Shown in pieces: positions 11,857 through 25,096 of a stretch of DNA of 64,000 bases. Source of the stretch: Octopus sinensis (taxonomy: Eukaryota); assembly GCF_006345805.1 (NCBI RefSeq), contig NC_043007.1, positions 52,080,001-52,144,000 of the forward strand, given 5' to 3'. The position numbers were made by a program, and so were the translations under genes. Each line of letters opens with the position of its first letter. Position 1 is the stretch's first letter. The notes below the pieces were generated by a model. It had not been told where the DNA came from. It made no database searches and saw nothing but the letters and a program-made list of their open reading frames with translations.

Positions 11857-12164
11857 AGGTGTGATACCAGTGCCGTTGGTACGTAAGAAAGCCATCCGAA
11901 CGTGGCATTGCCAGCGCCACCCTGACTGGCCTCCGTGCCGGAGGCATGTAAAAAGCACCATCCGATCGTGGCCAGTTGCCAGCCTCATCTGGCACCTGTG
12001 CCAGTGGCATGTAAAAGCACCCACTACACTCACGGAATGGTTAGCGTTAGGAAGGGCATCCAGCCGTAGAAACATTGCCTGATCAGACTGGGCCTGTGCA
12101 GACCCCAGTTGAACCGTCCAACCCATGCTAGCACTGAGAGCGGACGCTAAACGATGATGATGAT
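11857..12164 (+). mobile_element. RTE 3' UTR copy
   Basis: Same family as 1-299, with (GAT)n tail. Confidence 0.85.
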
Positions 12165-12189
12165 TATGTATATAGATATTAGTAGTTTC

Positions 12190-14230
12190 TGCCCTAGTAG
12201 ACGTTTAAGAGGTAGACCACCCACAATTACTTCTCTGGCTAGGAAGACCCATATAGAGAGATGGAGCGGATGGACCAGAGCTATACGGAGCCCCACAAAT
12301 GTCCATCAGGTAAAGAAAATGATTGCACATTCACTAGGAGCTAGTATAAGAGTTACCGTAAAAGGCCACACGTTTAAGTTTAAGAATAAAATATATGCCC
12401 AGGACGAGGGGGCAGCCATCGGTGTTAGTATCGCCGGTGATGTGGCCAAACTTTTCATGGTATGGTGGGACAGAAGGCTTAAGGAACGCCTAACACAGAA
12501 CTCCATACTCGTGAACATGTACTCTCGCTATGTTGATGATATCAACATAGTGGTAAAGCATTCCCACAAAAGAGTACTGTTGAAATAGAAATAGAAACTA
12601 ATACTATGGAGAGCATCCAGCAAATAGCTAACTCCATCCACCAGAGTATTAAGGTCACAATAGACTACCCTACTAAAATCCCTAACCATAGACTACCAGT
12701 ACTAGACACAGAACTCTGGCTAGAAACTGTGAATAATAAAACCCAAATCCTTCATTCGTACTATGCCAAACCTATGGCCTCCAAATACTTGATCCACCGG
12801 AACTCAGCTATCGTGGACAATGCCAAATTCAATATTTTGGTGGCAGACCTCATCAGAATAATGCGAAATGTGTCCTGCATGTGCGAGCCTACAGAGTTAA
12901 AGAGACACATACAACATTTTGTTCACCGCATGCAGTTCTCAGGTTACTGCCATAAAGAAAGGATCGGAGTGTACAAAGGAGCCATGAAGAAATTTGATAC
13001 TATTTTATTAATGATAGGAATGGGATTTGCCTACTCTATAGGAGCAAGTCATGAAACACCATGGAAAGGACAAAGAAGAAAATAGGGAAGGCCAACTCTT
13101 AGTATGATAGCCACAAATACCAGAGTGTCATGTTCGTTGACACCACCCCTAGAGGTGAAGTGGCGTACCGCTTTAGAAGGACCCTAGACAAACTTAAGCT
13201 AAGGATTAAGGTTGTTGAAAAGCCAGACAACCCTATCAAATCCTTATCGGTAGAACCTACCCTTTTAGTAGAACCCCCTGTATGGATAGGTACTGTACTG
13301 TGTGTAGATTTAGCCCACAAACAAACTGTAAAGCCAGAAGTGTAATCTATTGTATAAGATGTATAGAGGGACGATGCAGTAACAAGACAACGACATACGT
13401 AGGGGAAACAGCACGAAACATAGGAGAGCGAATAAATGAACATTGGAGAGAACTTGAGGAAGGAAAGAGCTCATCGATTCTGTACCAGCACGCAGAGCAG
13501 GAACACGGGGCCTCAATCAACAACATAGAAGTTAAAATCTTGTCCATACATAGAACAGATGCAACAATCAGAGAAATTATGGAAGCTACACACATAATAG
13601 AAGATAAACCTAGCCTGAATAGAAAACTGGAATGGAACACTAGCACACGCCACAACATTTGACAGAAGAGGATCCCCATAAACTGGTAACAATATAAACA
13701 AAATAGAAAACTTAATAAAATAAAATACACAGATAAATAAACAAATAGAAGTAAATAACTATATACATTTTAAAAAAAATAATTAAAAAATTTTTTTTTA
13801 ATTTAAAAATTTATTATTATTATTATTACTAGTATTGTTGTTATACATACATACAAGCATACGTAATAATAATAATAAGTGGATGTAAACACATGAACAA
13901 AATAAGAATAAACAAAAACAAATTACACGAACATATATAAACAGAAGATACAAATATTACAGGCATTTCACCCCCACACACACTAACTAAACATAGACGC
14001 CTGCGCAAATGAAGACACATACAATAGAAATACAAAATGGCTGACGGTAAGTAAGGGAAGACACACAAATAAGAAAAAAGAAAGCAAAGGACCACTGATG
14101 CGGTCACAGGAGTGTGATGAAAGAACTCTGGCTGAAATAAGATTAAGTTTAATGTAAAAAATAAATAACACTGAAGCAAAGTAACACCAAATATATAGTG
14201 CGTGTGTTTTTATTGGCTAAACTGGCAAAA
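12190..14230 (+). mobile_element. Degenerate Penelope-like element: RT, GIY-YIG and 3' UTR
   Basis: GAAIGVSIAGDVA, RYVDD and LPVLDTEL RT motifs. GIY-YIG VIYCIRC...YVGETAR...ERINEH...REIMEA...PSLN in ORF 13282-13662. Confidence 0.85.
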
Positions 14231-14234
14231 TGAC

Positions 14235-14698
14235 CATTCCAAAATACAACAATATATGTATATGTATATATGTATATATGTGTATATATGTATATATATA
14301 TGTGTATATATGTGTATATACTTATGTATATATATGTGTGTATGTGTATATATGTGTATATACTTATGTATATATATGTGTGTATGTATATATATGTGTA
14401 TTTATGTATGTATATATATGTGTATTTATGTATATATATGTCTATATTATATATATGTATATATATGTCTATATTATATATATGTATATATATATATGTA
14501 TATATATGTGTGTATATATATGTGTATATATATGTATATATGTTTGTATATATATGTGTATGTATGTATATATGTATGTATATATATATATACGTATGTA
14601 TATACATGTATGTGTATATGTATATACGTGTATATGTGTATATATGTGTATATATATATGTGTAGATATGTATGTGTATATATTTTATATATGTGTAT
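14235..14698. repeat. Compound (TA)/(TG) microsatellite
   Basis: Directly visible. Confidence 0.95.
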
Positions 14699-14719
14699 GA
14701 TGGACCATTAGCTCCTACA

Positions 14720-14890
14720 CGCATTTTTTTGTCTCCTTGTTTCTTTTCTGTTTATCTTTCTGTCGAAGAGTGTAGGATCGAAACGTAAAAGACTTGTTCT
14801 ATTTCTATTCCTGAGCGCCATACTAATACAATTGTTTGTTCGTACTCCACCTGCCTTCGTCTTTTGTTTATCTTAGTAAACCTTCCCGTT
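14720..14890 (+). mobile_element. PLE-type 3' end with A6U hammerhead-like motif (14755-14792)
   Basis: TCTTT-CTGTCGA-A-GAGTGTAGGATC-GAAA-CG-TA-AAAGA; ends at (TA)n. Confidence 0.6.
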
Positions 14891-14925
14891 ATATATATGT
14901 GTGTGTATATATATATATATATATA

Positions 14926-15065
14926 CTGTTGTGTCTGGGGGCAGTCATTTTCTTTTTATGCCTTATAATATAACACACTCATTGGTAAAATTTCCACTTT
15001 TTTTTCTTATTTTTATTTTCCTAAAATTTTCGTTGCGTCTTGCAACCTTTTCAGTGGTTTTGACT
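14926..15065 (-). mobile_element. PLE-type 3' end with hammerhead-like motif (15021-15056)
   Basis: CTGAAAA-G-GTTGC-AAGAC-GCAAC-GAAA-ATT-T-TAG; same family as 33584-33880; ends in (TA)n. Confidence 0.55.
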
Positions 15066-15599
15066 CTGTCCGTTATTTACACTGCATTCCCTTTTGCTTG
15101 TTTGTGCGTATGTGTGTGGGTCAGTGTGTGTGTTTGTGTATGCCTATACATGCATGCATGTGCGTATGTGTGTATGCATATGTATGTGTGTGCATCTGTA
15201 TGTACGTATCCTGCATATTTATGTGCATGCATGTCTGTGTTTGTGTATTTTCTATGTATGTGTGTGTGAGCTTGTGTTTGTATATGTAAGCACCTCTGTC
15301 TCTTTGTGTGTGTTTTTTCTATTTATGTGCTATGTAAGCACATAGATAGAAAATAAATAAATAAACAGACCAACATACAGATGGATAGGTACATAAGCTA
15401 TAAGAACACATATGGAGACACGGATCCACACATATAAAGATGCACATCCATACATACAAACATGGTACATAGTTGCATAACCCACACACATGCAGACATG
15501 CACACACAAGGAGACAGAGGTGCTTACATATACAAACATATGCTCACACACACATACATAGAAAATACACAAACACGGACATGCATACACACACATATG

Positions 15600-16352
15600 T
15601 ACATATGCTTGGCTAATGGATCCCACACAATTTGAATGAAAATCAGAAAATGCACAGATATGAAATTTGCTTGTTGTTTCTTCTCCATAACCAGACCATT
15701 TCTTGACTGCATAGTGTCTTGCGATGTAAAGTGGATTCTGTACAATAATAAAATACGTTCTTCGCAGTGGTTGGACCAAAATGAAGCTCTGAACAATTTC
15801 GCTAAACCTGAGCTCTTCAAAAAGGTTATGGTGACTGTTTGGTGGTGTACTGCTGGACTCATCCTCTATAACCTGGGAAAACCATTACTGCAGAAATATA
15901 TTGCCGTGAAATTGCCAAAATGAACAAAAAACCGCTACTCCTCCATCCCAGACTGGTGAACAGAAAAGGGCCAATCATTCTTCATGATAATACTCGACCA
16001 TACATTTCACTAATGATACTCCAGATGTTGAACGAACTTGGCTACAAAGTTCTTCCCCAGCCAGCTTATTCCCCAGACCTTTCTCCAACCGACTACCACT
16101 TTTTCATGCACGTTGGTGGTTTCCTGCAAAAGGAGTTCAAAAATCAAACTGATGCTGAAAGTGTGTTCAAAGAGTTCATCAGCTCCAGAACTCCAGATTT
16201 TTATGTTACCAGAATTAACAAACTTGTAACTTGGCAAAAAGGTGTTGATTGTAATGGTACTTTCTTTGATGAATAAAATTTCTGCATTGTTGAAATATAT
16301 TGTGATGAACTTCATGTTTCAAAAGGTTGCTTACTTTTTACTCAGCCTGATA
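15600..16352 (+). mobile_element. Degenerate mariner (Hsmar1/SETMAR-like) with 3' TIR and TA
   Basis: CDVKWILYNN, LHDNTRPY and AYSPDLSPTDYHFF motifs; ends TTACTTTTTACTCAGCCTGA-TA. Confidence 0.85.
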
Positions 16353-18139
16353 TCTATCTATTGGCGCTTGTCATCGAGAAACTAGTCGATAAGGCACAAA
16401 CGTGCGCTGTGCTGGGCTTGCGGCTCGGCACTTGTAGAAGCAATCCCATGCTGTCCAACAGTGTCTCCATCATGGGACGCTGGATGTGGGATGTAATGAA
16501 GTCTGATTAAGAAATATCTCCCACCCACTGCCAATCTACTCCTGTCAACATTACTAGCTACTCATCTTTGTAACATCCATCCTTCTGACTGAAGTACTAT
16601 TGCTCAGCTGTTGTAATTATATATATGAGAGCAGAACCACACATATTCTTTCCTCACTTTTATGCTTCTAGCAATCCTTCTTGGAGCCATTTCCCTTGCC
16701 ACCCATCTTACATTCCCAACATCATCTCTTACCACTATATGTCCACTGAATGCCCATTTCACTTAAACACCTTCTCATCTCTGTTGTCAATGCCCCTTTT
16801 TGTAACTCACTATACTGACCCCTATACATGTTTGACCTCTGTCTTCCTTACTCATCACCTTACCCCACCTATCTTCTATTTTTTGTCCCCTATTTTCTTT
16901 GTCAACATCCTTGTACTCCACCATCATTCTCCCTTTCCTGCTTGAGAAGCCATGTATCTCAACAGCAAGGCACCTGTTCCAGTCTCTCTTTCTTACTTTA
17001 GCCTCTCTAAACTTGGCACAAAGATACCTTCCTCAATACTGCACTTCCGTTCTGTAAAAGGTCTTTGTTAAACAAACATCACAGTAGTCCCAACAACAGA
17101 GGGAGAAGCAGTTTGTCAAATTATGTATGCATTAATAGAATAAACTGTTGGATTTCCAAATTGCAAATGAAAACTTAAAAGAGAAAGTGAGAGACTTTGC
17201 AAATGAGAAAGGAATATTCTGCAGTGAATGCAAGGAATATTTAAATTTGCGAGAAATTGGAGTTTAAAAAATTCAAGAAACTTGAGAAATTGAAATTATA
17301 GGAAATTTCTTAGAACATGAATTTATAAAAATATTTTCAGATGGTCAACCTTTTAATAATTGCTTTGTTTTAGTACTTTTAGTAATTGTTACATACCTAA
17401 TTAATAAGCAGCTTTGTCCATTATAGTATAGATATATTTTAATATTTTTGCAGGAGTTTGATGGGTCTCAGAAAGTCCCATCACTTAATACTCAGCATTA
17501 TTCTCTCTTTTGTCAGTCCAGAAAGAGAAAAAAAAAGGTAACATGTTGCTGGAAAGATTTGAATTTAGGTAATATATAAATAAAACTAAATTCTGAAATG
17601 CATCATGCACACAGCTTTAGTGTATCTGCTATATATTGCTTGCGACCAGAGGCAGAAATAGGGACCAGTTCCTTTGGAAATGTCATTTTGTAATAAATTG
17701 CTGTCTGTCCAGTAGTAAATGTAATCTCTACTTCACTTTATGGAATTAAAGCTAAGTGGCAACATTCTGGAATCTCTGCCATATTATTAAAATATATTTC
17801 TTCGATAGAGGATTTTTAAGAAGTAATAATTGAGGTGTCATTTACTGCTGATGCAGTTGTTTGCAGAATAGATTTGAGTTGTACTAGAACTGATGAGACA
17901 TGCATCATACAGATAGACCAAACAGTAGTATCAAAATAAATTAAGAGCCTTCAAATTGGCTTTGTAATCTTTACTAGCTTATTTTTCTGGGATATTTAAC
18001 TGCTATTGGAAAGACTTGTAAAATGTAAAATATTATTTAACAGAGAACCAAAATGTCTAAAAATGTTACATTTTAGTTTAAAAAAAGCAAACAAGGATCA
18101 TACATTTTTAAAACTTTCATTTTTATTTGATATCTTTTA

Positions 18140-18490
18140 TCTTCTACATGTTTCAGTCATTAGACTATGGCCATGCTGGGGCACCATCTTGAAGAATTTT
18201 TAGTCGAATAAATGAACCCCAGTGCTTAATTTTTTTTTTGCTAAGCCTGGTACTTAAGCCATTGGTCTATTTTGCTGAACTACTGAGTTGGAGATGTAAA
18301 CACACCAACAACAGTTGTCAAGTGGTGGTGGGGGACAAACACACACACATACGATGGGCTTCTTTCAGTTTCCATCTACCAAATCCACTTACAAGGCTTT
18401 GGTTGGACTGAGACTCTATTAGAAGACACTTGCCCAAGGTGCCACACAGTGGTAGTGGAGAAGCAAGCCTCTTACCACACAACTGCATCT
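18140..18490 (-). mobile_element. tRNA-headed SINE
   Basis: Reverse complement of the 7590-type family. Confidence 0.75.
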
Positions 18491-20021
18491 TTTTGATTCA
18501 TTCTTTTTAATTTTCTTATTTTACATTATTTTTTTCAATTCTGTTTACAATTCCTAATTTCCTTAGGTCAATCCCTTCTTCCCACTTACGAATGAAATCT
18601 CTTTCAGTCTTTTTAAAACTGCATGTCTCTTCATTAATATATTCTTGATATTTACTTCAGGAGTTCTGAGTTTGTCAACTACCTTGTTATATTTGGTTCC
18701 TATTGAGTACTAAAGAATATAAGTTTTAATGATAGATTTCATCAGTTTATTTTAAATGCAATTAACTTTCTAATTAATAATATGTTGAGTAATTAACCTT
18801 TAATTCATAATGGATACTTAGGGGGCAAAAAAAACCATTGACTTTTATCCAGTACTTAAAACTTTACAGAAGAAATTACTTAATTGGAGTTTGAGAAATA
18901 TTCTACTCATCTTTAAATGTCCTGTTAATTCTACTCATGTCTGTGATGTTTAGTTTTTAAATCAACTTTGCATAATTGTTAAAACATTTTTTTAAAAAAT
19001 ACATATTTTAACCTGTGGAATTCATAAGTTGATTCAACTAATTTGTTTTGAAGCTTTTTTTATTAAGTATTGTTTTTCTACTGAATAAATATTGACATAG
19101 AACAAAGAGCTACTGCTTTTTTTTCATTATTATTATTATTTTTTGTAGAAGTTGGATTTCCCAATTGTATTAGGAATTTGTAAAGGGTAAATTGACTTGT
19201 TTTTGATGCTGTAAAGATCTATGAGTCTTCCTCAAATTTTTGGTTTAGACTACATCCATACTTTGGAGGAATATTTTTCAAGGAAATTGAAATGAAATAT
19301 GGCAAAAAGAAATGTAACAATGGTTCACCCATGTTCTTCATTAAGTACATAGGCCAACTGGACACTTGTCTTGCCTTCCAGTTTATTCTCTGTTCAGTTC
19401 TGCAAAAACAGTCATTGCTAATATATTTTTTTTCCTTTAGTTTTAAATAATTTAGTACTGCCATTGAATAATCCAGTTTTTCTATTTATCAGATATATGC
19501 TTCTAGGAAATCAACATTTTCTCAGTAAAACACTTGTAAATTGTTACATCATAACTGGTCTACTGAAAGGGCTCTGATTCATTATAGACAGATTTTATTA
19601 TTGGTCTGACCCAAGTCCTACAACACATTCTACTTACAATTGTATGAACAACCATTTGTTGATTTTTGCTATTCTTCCATCACAATTGACCATCTTTTCT
19701 CTCATTCCATTTAAATTTACATAAGTATTCTGTAAAATAATAATTGTCTTCAGATTCATCTTTTAGATATACTTCATTTTTTAAATATTTTATTCATATT
19801 TAGGAATTCAGGTATACTGAAAATGTTGACACTTACCTACCAAATCAACATTAATATTGTATGTCATCATAGCAGCAAACTGGCTTGGGTGCTTTACAAT
19901 TATGATGGAAAGCATTCCTATAGTCAACATTAATCTTCTTTCCCGGTGTGTTCTTTCCCTTAAAATTAGCCTTGTATCTAGTCAAAACAAATTTCCATTT
20001 CCTAATAGCCAATAACAATAG

Positions 20022-20219
20022 GCAACCCCCACTGGTGCTGGTGTCACATAAAAATCCCCAGTACACTCTAAAGTAGTTGATGCTAGGTAGGGCATCCAGA
20101 TGTAGAAACCGTGCCAGAGCAGACAAATGAAGCCTGGTGTAGCTCTCCAGCTTGCCAGTTCCTGTCAAACCATCCAACCCATACCAGGATGGAAGATAGA
20201 CGTTAAATGATGATGATGA
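20022..20219 (+). mobile_element. Older RTE 3' UTR copy
   Basis: Diverged match to 1-299, with (GAT)n tail. Confidence 0.65.
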
Positions 20220-20321
20220 ATCTTTATTATATGAGGGTCTCTCCTGATATGTAAAATCTTTATTATATGAGGGTCTCTCCTGATATGTAAAATCTTTATT
20301 ATATGAGGGTCTCTCCTGATA
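20219..20321. repeat. 36-bp tandem repeat, about 2.8 copies
   Basis: Unit AATCTTTATTATATGAGGGTCTCTCCTGATATGTAA, no spacers. Confidence 0.9.
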
Positions 20322-20728
20322 GTAAATTCTGTGAAAGTTAGGAAACCATAAGGCTGACCTCGTTTATGCTGGAAAGAGAGATAGAGATGTAGGTGATGTG
20401 TATAGTAAGTTTGTATTGAAAGATTCAGCACAACTCAGATGCTGTATTTTCAAGATTATCTTCATATGCATGCGGACGCGCACACACACACACTTTCTCT
20501 CTCTCTCTCATCTCAAAGACTATCTCAGCTTCTGCATGTCTGACTGTTCACTAATTCCTGTCCTAAAATGGTTACAAATGTGGTTGAAAGCTCAGCTTAC
20601 ATTTCATTCTCTTTGCTTAGCATAGAAAATGTAAAATGTCCCCATAATAAACTAATCAGATATGTCATGAAATAACACCAGCAGTTCAACTGATGTACAT
20701 CTCCTTCTGTGTATGTGTACACACACAT

Positions 20729-20997
20729 GTTTGTATGCATGAATAGAGACATATAATCATCATCATCGTTTAGCGTCCGTTTTCCATGCTAGCATGGGTT
20801 GGACGGTTCTACTGGGGTCTGTGAAGCCAGAAGGCTTCATCAGGCCCAGAAACACTGCCAGATTTGACTGGGCCTGATGAAGCCTTCTGGCTTCACAGAC
20901 CCCAGTAGAACCGTCCAACCCATGCTAGCATGGAAAACGGACGCTAAACGAAATTGATGATGATGATGATTATATGTCTCTATTCACGCATACAAAC
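20729..20997. repeat. Near-perfect inverted repeat (arms about 121-130 bp, 18-nt loop)
   Basis: Arms 20729-20849 and 20868-20997 contain the RTE tail plus about 30 bp of non-element flank. Confidence 0.92.
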
Positions 20998-21058
20998 GTT
21001 TGTATCAATGGAAACTTATGAATAGGCTATAATTTCATTTTCCTTTTTATCTTTTCAG

Positions 21059-21089
21059 GCTTTTCCTTGTATTTCAACTGGAGTCTATG
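21059..21089 (+). CDS. MACROD1/2: MacroD-type macrodomain exon (AFPCISTGVY/G motif)
   Basis: ttttatcttttcag|GCTTTTCCTTGTATTTCAACTGGAGTCTATG|gtaaga, 31 nt; the conserved MacroD ADP-ribose-binding loop. Confidence 0.92.
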
Positions 21090-21559
21090 GTAAGATTAAA
21101 AAAAAAAAAATTATTCCTTCTTCCTTATTCCTTCTTCTGGGTCAGTATATTTTTTAAGAATCAAGGAAGGAAAGGCAGTAGCCATAACCATTGATAGGGA
21201 TTTTGATACTGGAGGGTGGTATGAAAGAAATTATCATCAGGTAAAATATTTGCGAGAGAGTGGACACTGCTAAAATCAGCCAAGAGTTGCAGGTGAGATT
21301 AGATTTCTCACTGATGGATTTCCACACAGTTTTTCTTTGTCATGGTTTTGGTTGACTCTTGGCTATGATAGAAGATGTCCTAAGTGCCATGCAATGGTAT
21401 CAAACCTAAAACTATGTATTTGTGTGGTGATTTACTTACAAAGCCATTCCTTTATGGAATGGCAATTACTACATGAAAGCTGATAAACTAAACCTGATGT
21501 CACATTTCATCATACGGCAACAGATGGAACTAGTCAGGTGCATAGAGACATATCTAGCC

Positions 21560-22630
21560 TTTCTGTAAAGATTTTTGGCTTAAATCCATGTATTAGATTT
21601 GCACTGGCAAAATTGTTAAAGCATCAGACAAAATTCCATGTCGTATTTGTTCCAGCTTTTTATGTCCTGAGTTCAAATCCTGCTGAGGTCAATTTTGTCT
21701 TCCAATCCTCTGTGGTCAATAAAGTAAAGTACCAATCAAGTACTGAGATCAATGGTATCAACTAACTCTCTCCTTTCAAAAATTGTTATGCCTAAATTAG
21801 AAACCATTATTATTATTGTGGTTTTAGTTCCTAGACTGGGTGAAGATGGTACATTGTGTTCTTGAGCAAGACATTTTATTTCACATTGCTCTGCAATCAC
21901 TTCGACACCTGATGCATAGTACACTGTGCACCTGTTCAGGCAATGTCAATTTGATGGAGGAAGTGAGCTAATGTGCAGCACAAACATTTGATCACTATAA
22001 ACAAATCATTTGTGTAGGTCATTTAGAAAAAGCGAAACACTCATATATCATCTTTGACAAAAGGATACATCATTATTATTATTATCAAGGTAGTAAGGCA
22101 GCGAGCTGGCAGAATCGTTAGCACACTGGAGGAAATGCTTCGCAGAATTTCGCTCGTCGCTACGTTTCGAGTTGAAATTTTGCCAAAGTCTACTTCGCCT
22201 TTCATCCTTCAGGGTCGATAAATTAAGTACCACATGCTGATTATCTCCCTCCCCACAAATTCCAGGCTTTTTGCCTATAGCAGAAAGGATTATTATTAAG
22301 GACATGGATTAGCAGAATCATTAGAACAGCAGACAAATGTCTTTCTAGTGTTTGTTCTGGCTCCTCCAAATCCTGCTGTGATTAATTTCACCTTTCATCT
22401 TTTTGGGTTGATAAAATAAAGTACCAGTCAAATTGCTGGACCTCTACCTAAATTACAGACAAATTATTATTAGTAAAACATTATTATTGGAGAAAATATT
22501 ATTCCTTAGCATACTGACTTGGTGGAGCATCAGACAAAATATTTTGTATTTAGTTCAATACTTTCCCATTGGAGTTCACTTTCTTTCATCCTTCTATGAA
22601 ATACTGGAGAGTTGATATAGTTGACAGTTG
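21560..22630 (+). mobile_element. Cluster of degenerate SINEs separated by (ATT)n
   Basis: Repeated TTCAAAT...TTTGCCTTTCATCC...AAGTACC units plus one TTGAGCAAGACA-type SINE. Confidence 0.65.
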
Positions 22631-22679
22631 CATCCCTTGTGTAGTGAGGTGGGAACTAGTAACCTTCTGACAATCTTTT

Positions 22680-22965
22680 ATCTTCTACTTGTTTCAGTCA
22701 TTTGACTGGCTATGTTGGAACACTACCTCGAAGGGTTTTTTAGTAGAACAGATGGACGTCAGGATTTTTTTAATATTCTATTGGTCTCTTTTGCCAAGCT
22801 GCTAAGTGATGTAAACACATCAACATCAGTTGACAATTGTTGGTAGGGGACAAATGCACACACACACACAAAGGGGTTTCTTTCAGTTTCTGTCTACCAA
22901 ATTCACTCACAAGGACTGAAACTGGAATCATGTGGTTGGAGAGCAAGCTTCTTCCCACACACCCA
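22680..22965 (-). mobile_element. tRNA-headed SINE (degenerate)
   Basis: Reverse complement of the 7590-type family. Confidence 0.65.
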
Positions 22966-23729
22966 TGCTTGCATTAAATAGTTGATAGAATTAAGAATTC
23001 TTTGTAGAGAATCAATGTTCCCTTGAAAAGTAACTATACCTTGTCAGATTCCCCTTAGTGTACCCTGACAAACCACACTGGTACCCTGTTAAACTACAGA
23101 TGTTTTTGTCTTTTATATTTCATTGGTTCTCCTCAGTGGGTTGAGGTCATTCCTTCCATTGTTGATTACATTACCCCTCCCCACTACTTGGATTAACTTT
23201 GGAAGAATGGGAAGTGGACCATGGTAGAAGCTAAACTTAAAAAAACAATTATAATAATAAAGTATCACATGTTATTATGTTTAACATTGTAATAATTTTA
23301 CCATCCACCACTATACTGTTCTGCCAACTCTGTTTCCTAACCACCTTATATTATAAATATTCATCTCCTAAAAGTCTAACAAATAGAGTTAACTACTTAA
23401 TATAATCCGGGTAATTGTCAGCAATTAAATATTGATTGACTTCAAGAATGTGTTATGAGGATATCTTTTCTTCTAAGAAGACATACAAACAAGAATGGCT
23501 CTCTGTTTGTTTTCTAGGGCTTCTAGAAAGAATTCCGACTCAGCACCACAAGTTTACATACTTCACCACCCAACACATACATCATACAACCACATACCCA
23601 TCCAGACATACACCACCCACAATATACCTACCTTCACTCATACACTGCACTCTCTCCACAGCCCCCTCCCTATCTCTGTTTCAATGTACACTGATGAACT
23701 GTATTATTGTTATTATAAATATTATTATT

Positions 23730-24175
23730 AAGGCAGAGAGCTGGCAGAATCGTTAGCATGTCAGGCAAAATGCTTTGCAGCATTTTGTCCAACCATATGT
23801 TCTCAGTTCAAATTCTGCCATGGTTGACTTTGCCTTTCATCCTTTCATGGTTGATAAATTAAGTACCAGTGAAACACTGGGGGTCAATGTAATTGACTAG
23901 TTCCCTCCCACCAAATTTCAGGCCTTGTAACTTTAGTAGAAAGGATTATTATTATTGGTGAACTGGCAGAATTGTTAGCATGTTGGTCAAAATGCTTAGC
24001 GGCATTTCACCCGTCTTCATGTTCTGAATTCAAATTTCACTGTGGTCGATTTTGCCTTTCATCTTTTCAGGGGTGATGAAATAAGTGCCAGTTACGCACT
24101 AGGATCGATGTAATCAATTTATCTCCAACTCCAAATTTCAGGCCTTGTGCCTATAGTAGAAAGGATTATTATTAT
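23730..24175 (+). mobile_element. Two head-to-tail SINEs (second family)
   Basis: GAGCTGGCAGAATCGTTAGC heads, each ending AGAAAGGATTATTATT. Confidence 0.75.
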
Positions 24176-24682
24176 CGTATCTACTTTTATCTAGATGGGA
24201 TGGACCAAACTACAAATATTTTAGCTGTGAGTCTATTCTGAGAAGGGCTGCAGTTCTCATGGATACTGCCTCATTTCATTCTCTCAGTAATCACTTTATA
24301 AAATTGAGACACTACTATGTCTACACATATTTAGCTACATAACCTCATATTTTGTAGTTTGTCACATGCACCTGATGCTCTGCACTTTTGTCCACATCTA
24401 ACCATTTGCAGATTGATGCTCTCATACACATGCTGACATTCCATTTTCAGCCACATATATGCCAATACTCCCTAATGTTAGTGATACAAATGCTGACACT
24501 CCCTTTATTAGTCACATAAATGCTGATACTTCATGGTATTAACCCCATACAGGCTGAAGCTCTCTTTTATTAAATATACACATACTAATATTCTCTACTT
24601 TAAGTAACATATATGCTGATACTCTCTTGAGTCAGCTAGTTGTCACTTTCTTTATTCATTTCAAATTATTGCCTCCATCCAG

Positions 24683-24756
24683 GTTATCCCAATGATAAAG
24701 CAGCAGAAGTTTCTTTACAAACAGTACGGAAGTGGATGGAATCCAATCATGATAGG
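24683..24756 (+). CDS. MACROD1/2: MacroD exon GYPNDKAAEVSLQTVRKWMESNHDR
   Basis: ccatccag|GT...AGG|gtaaat, 74 nt, phase 1-0, in frame with the 31-nt exon. Confidence 0.92.
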
Positions 24757-25096
24757 GTAAATATATCTTGGATTGTTCTAGATCTTTGATGTCTCTCGCT
24801 TACTCAATATAATCTGTCTATGATTACATATCCATGTTCTTTCTTAAGGTAGTAGGGTATGATTTGAAAGTAGATTTAGCTTTTATTTCCAGCATGTCCA
24901 GCAAGGGTAGAAACTTGGTTTTGGTGTTTGTGCTAGTGTCTTTTGTATTACTGAGATGACAGTGTGTTTTAAATGAAGTCAGCATAGCAGAGCCACTGTT
25001 CTCAAGGCTATAGCTACAGGAGGATTTGAACTGGCCACTCATTAGTTTCACTGCTAACAACAGTGATTTGTTATTATTCTGCTCTATCTATTTACA

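Noticed and set aside
14085-14145. Hammerhead at the end of the 12190-14230 PLE
   Set aside because: Only partial CTGATG/TGATGA and GAAA pieces; no consistent stems I-III.
17455-17538. Plus-strand exon-like segment as a MacroD upstream exon
   Set aside because: The splice signals are plausible, but no frame resembles a macrodomain.
20219-20321. 36-bp direct repeats reminiscent of CRISPR
   Set aside because: No spacers, no cas genes, eukaryotic context; a simple tandem duplication.
24824-25060. Inverted PLE RT-thumb fragment (FLPLLDML)
   Set aside because: Similarity is too short to call by eye.
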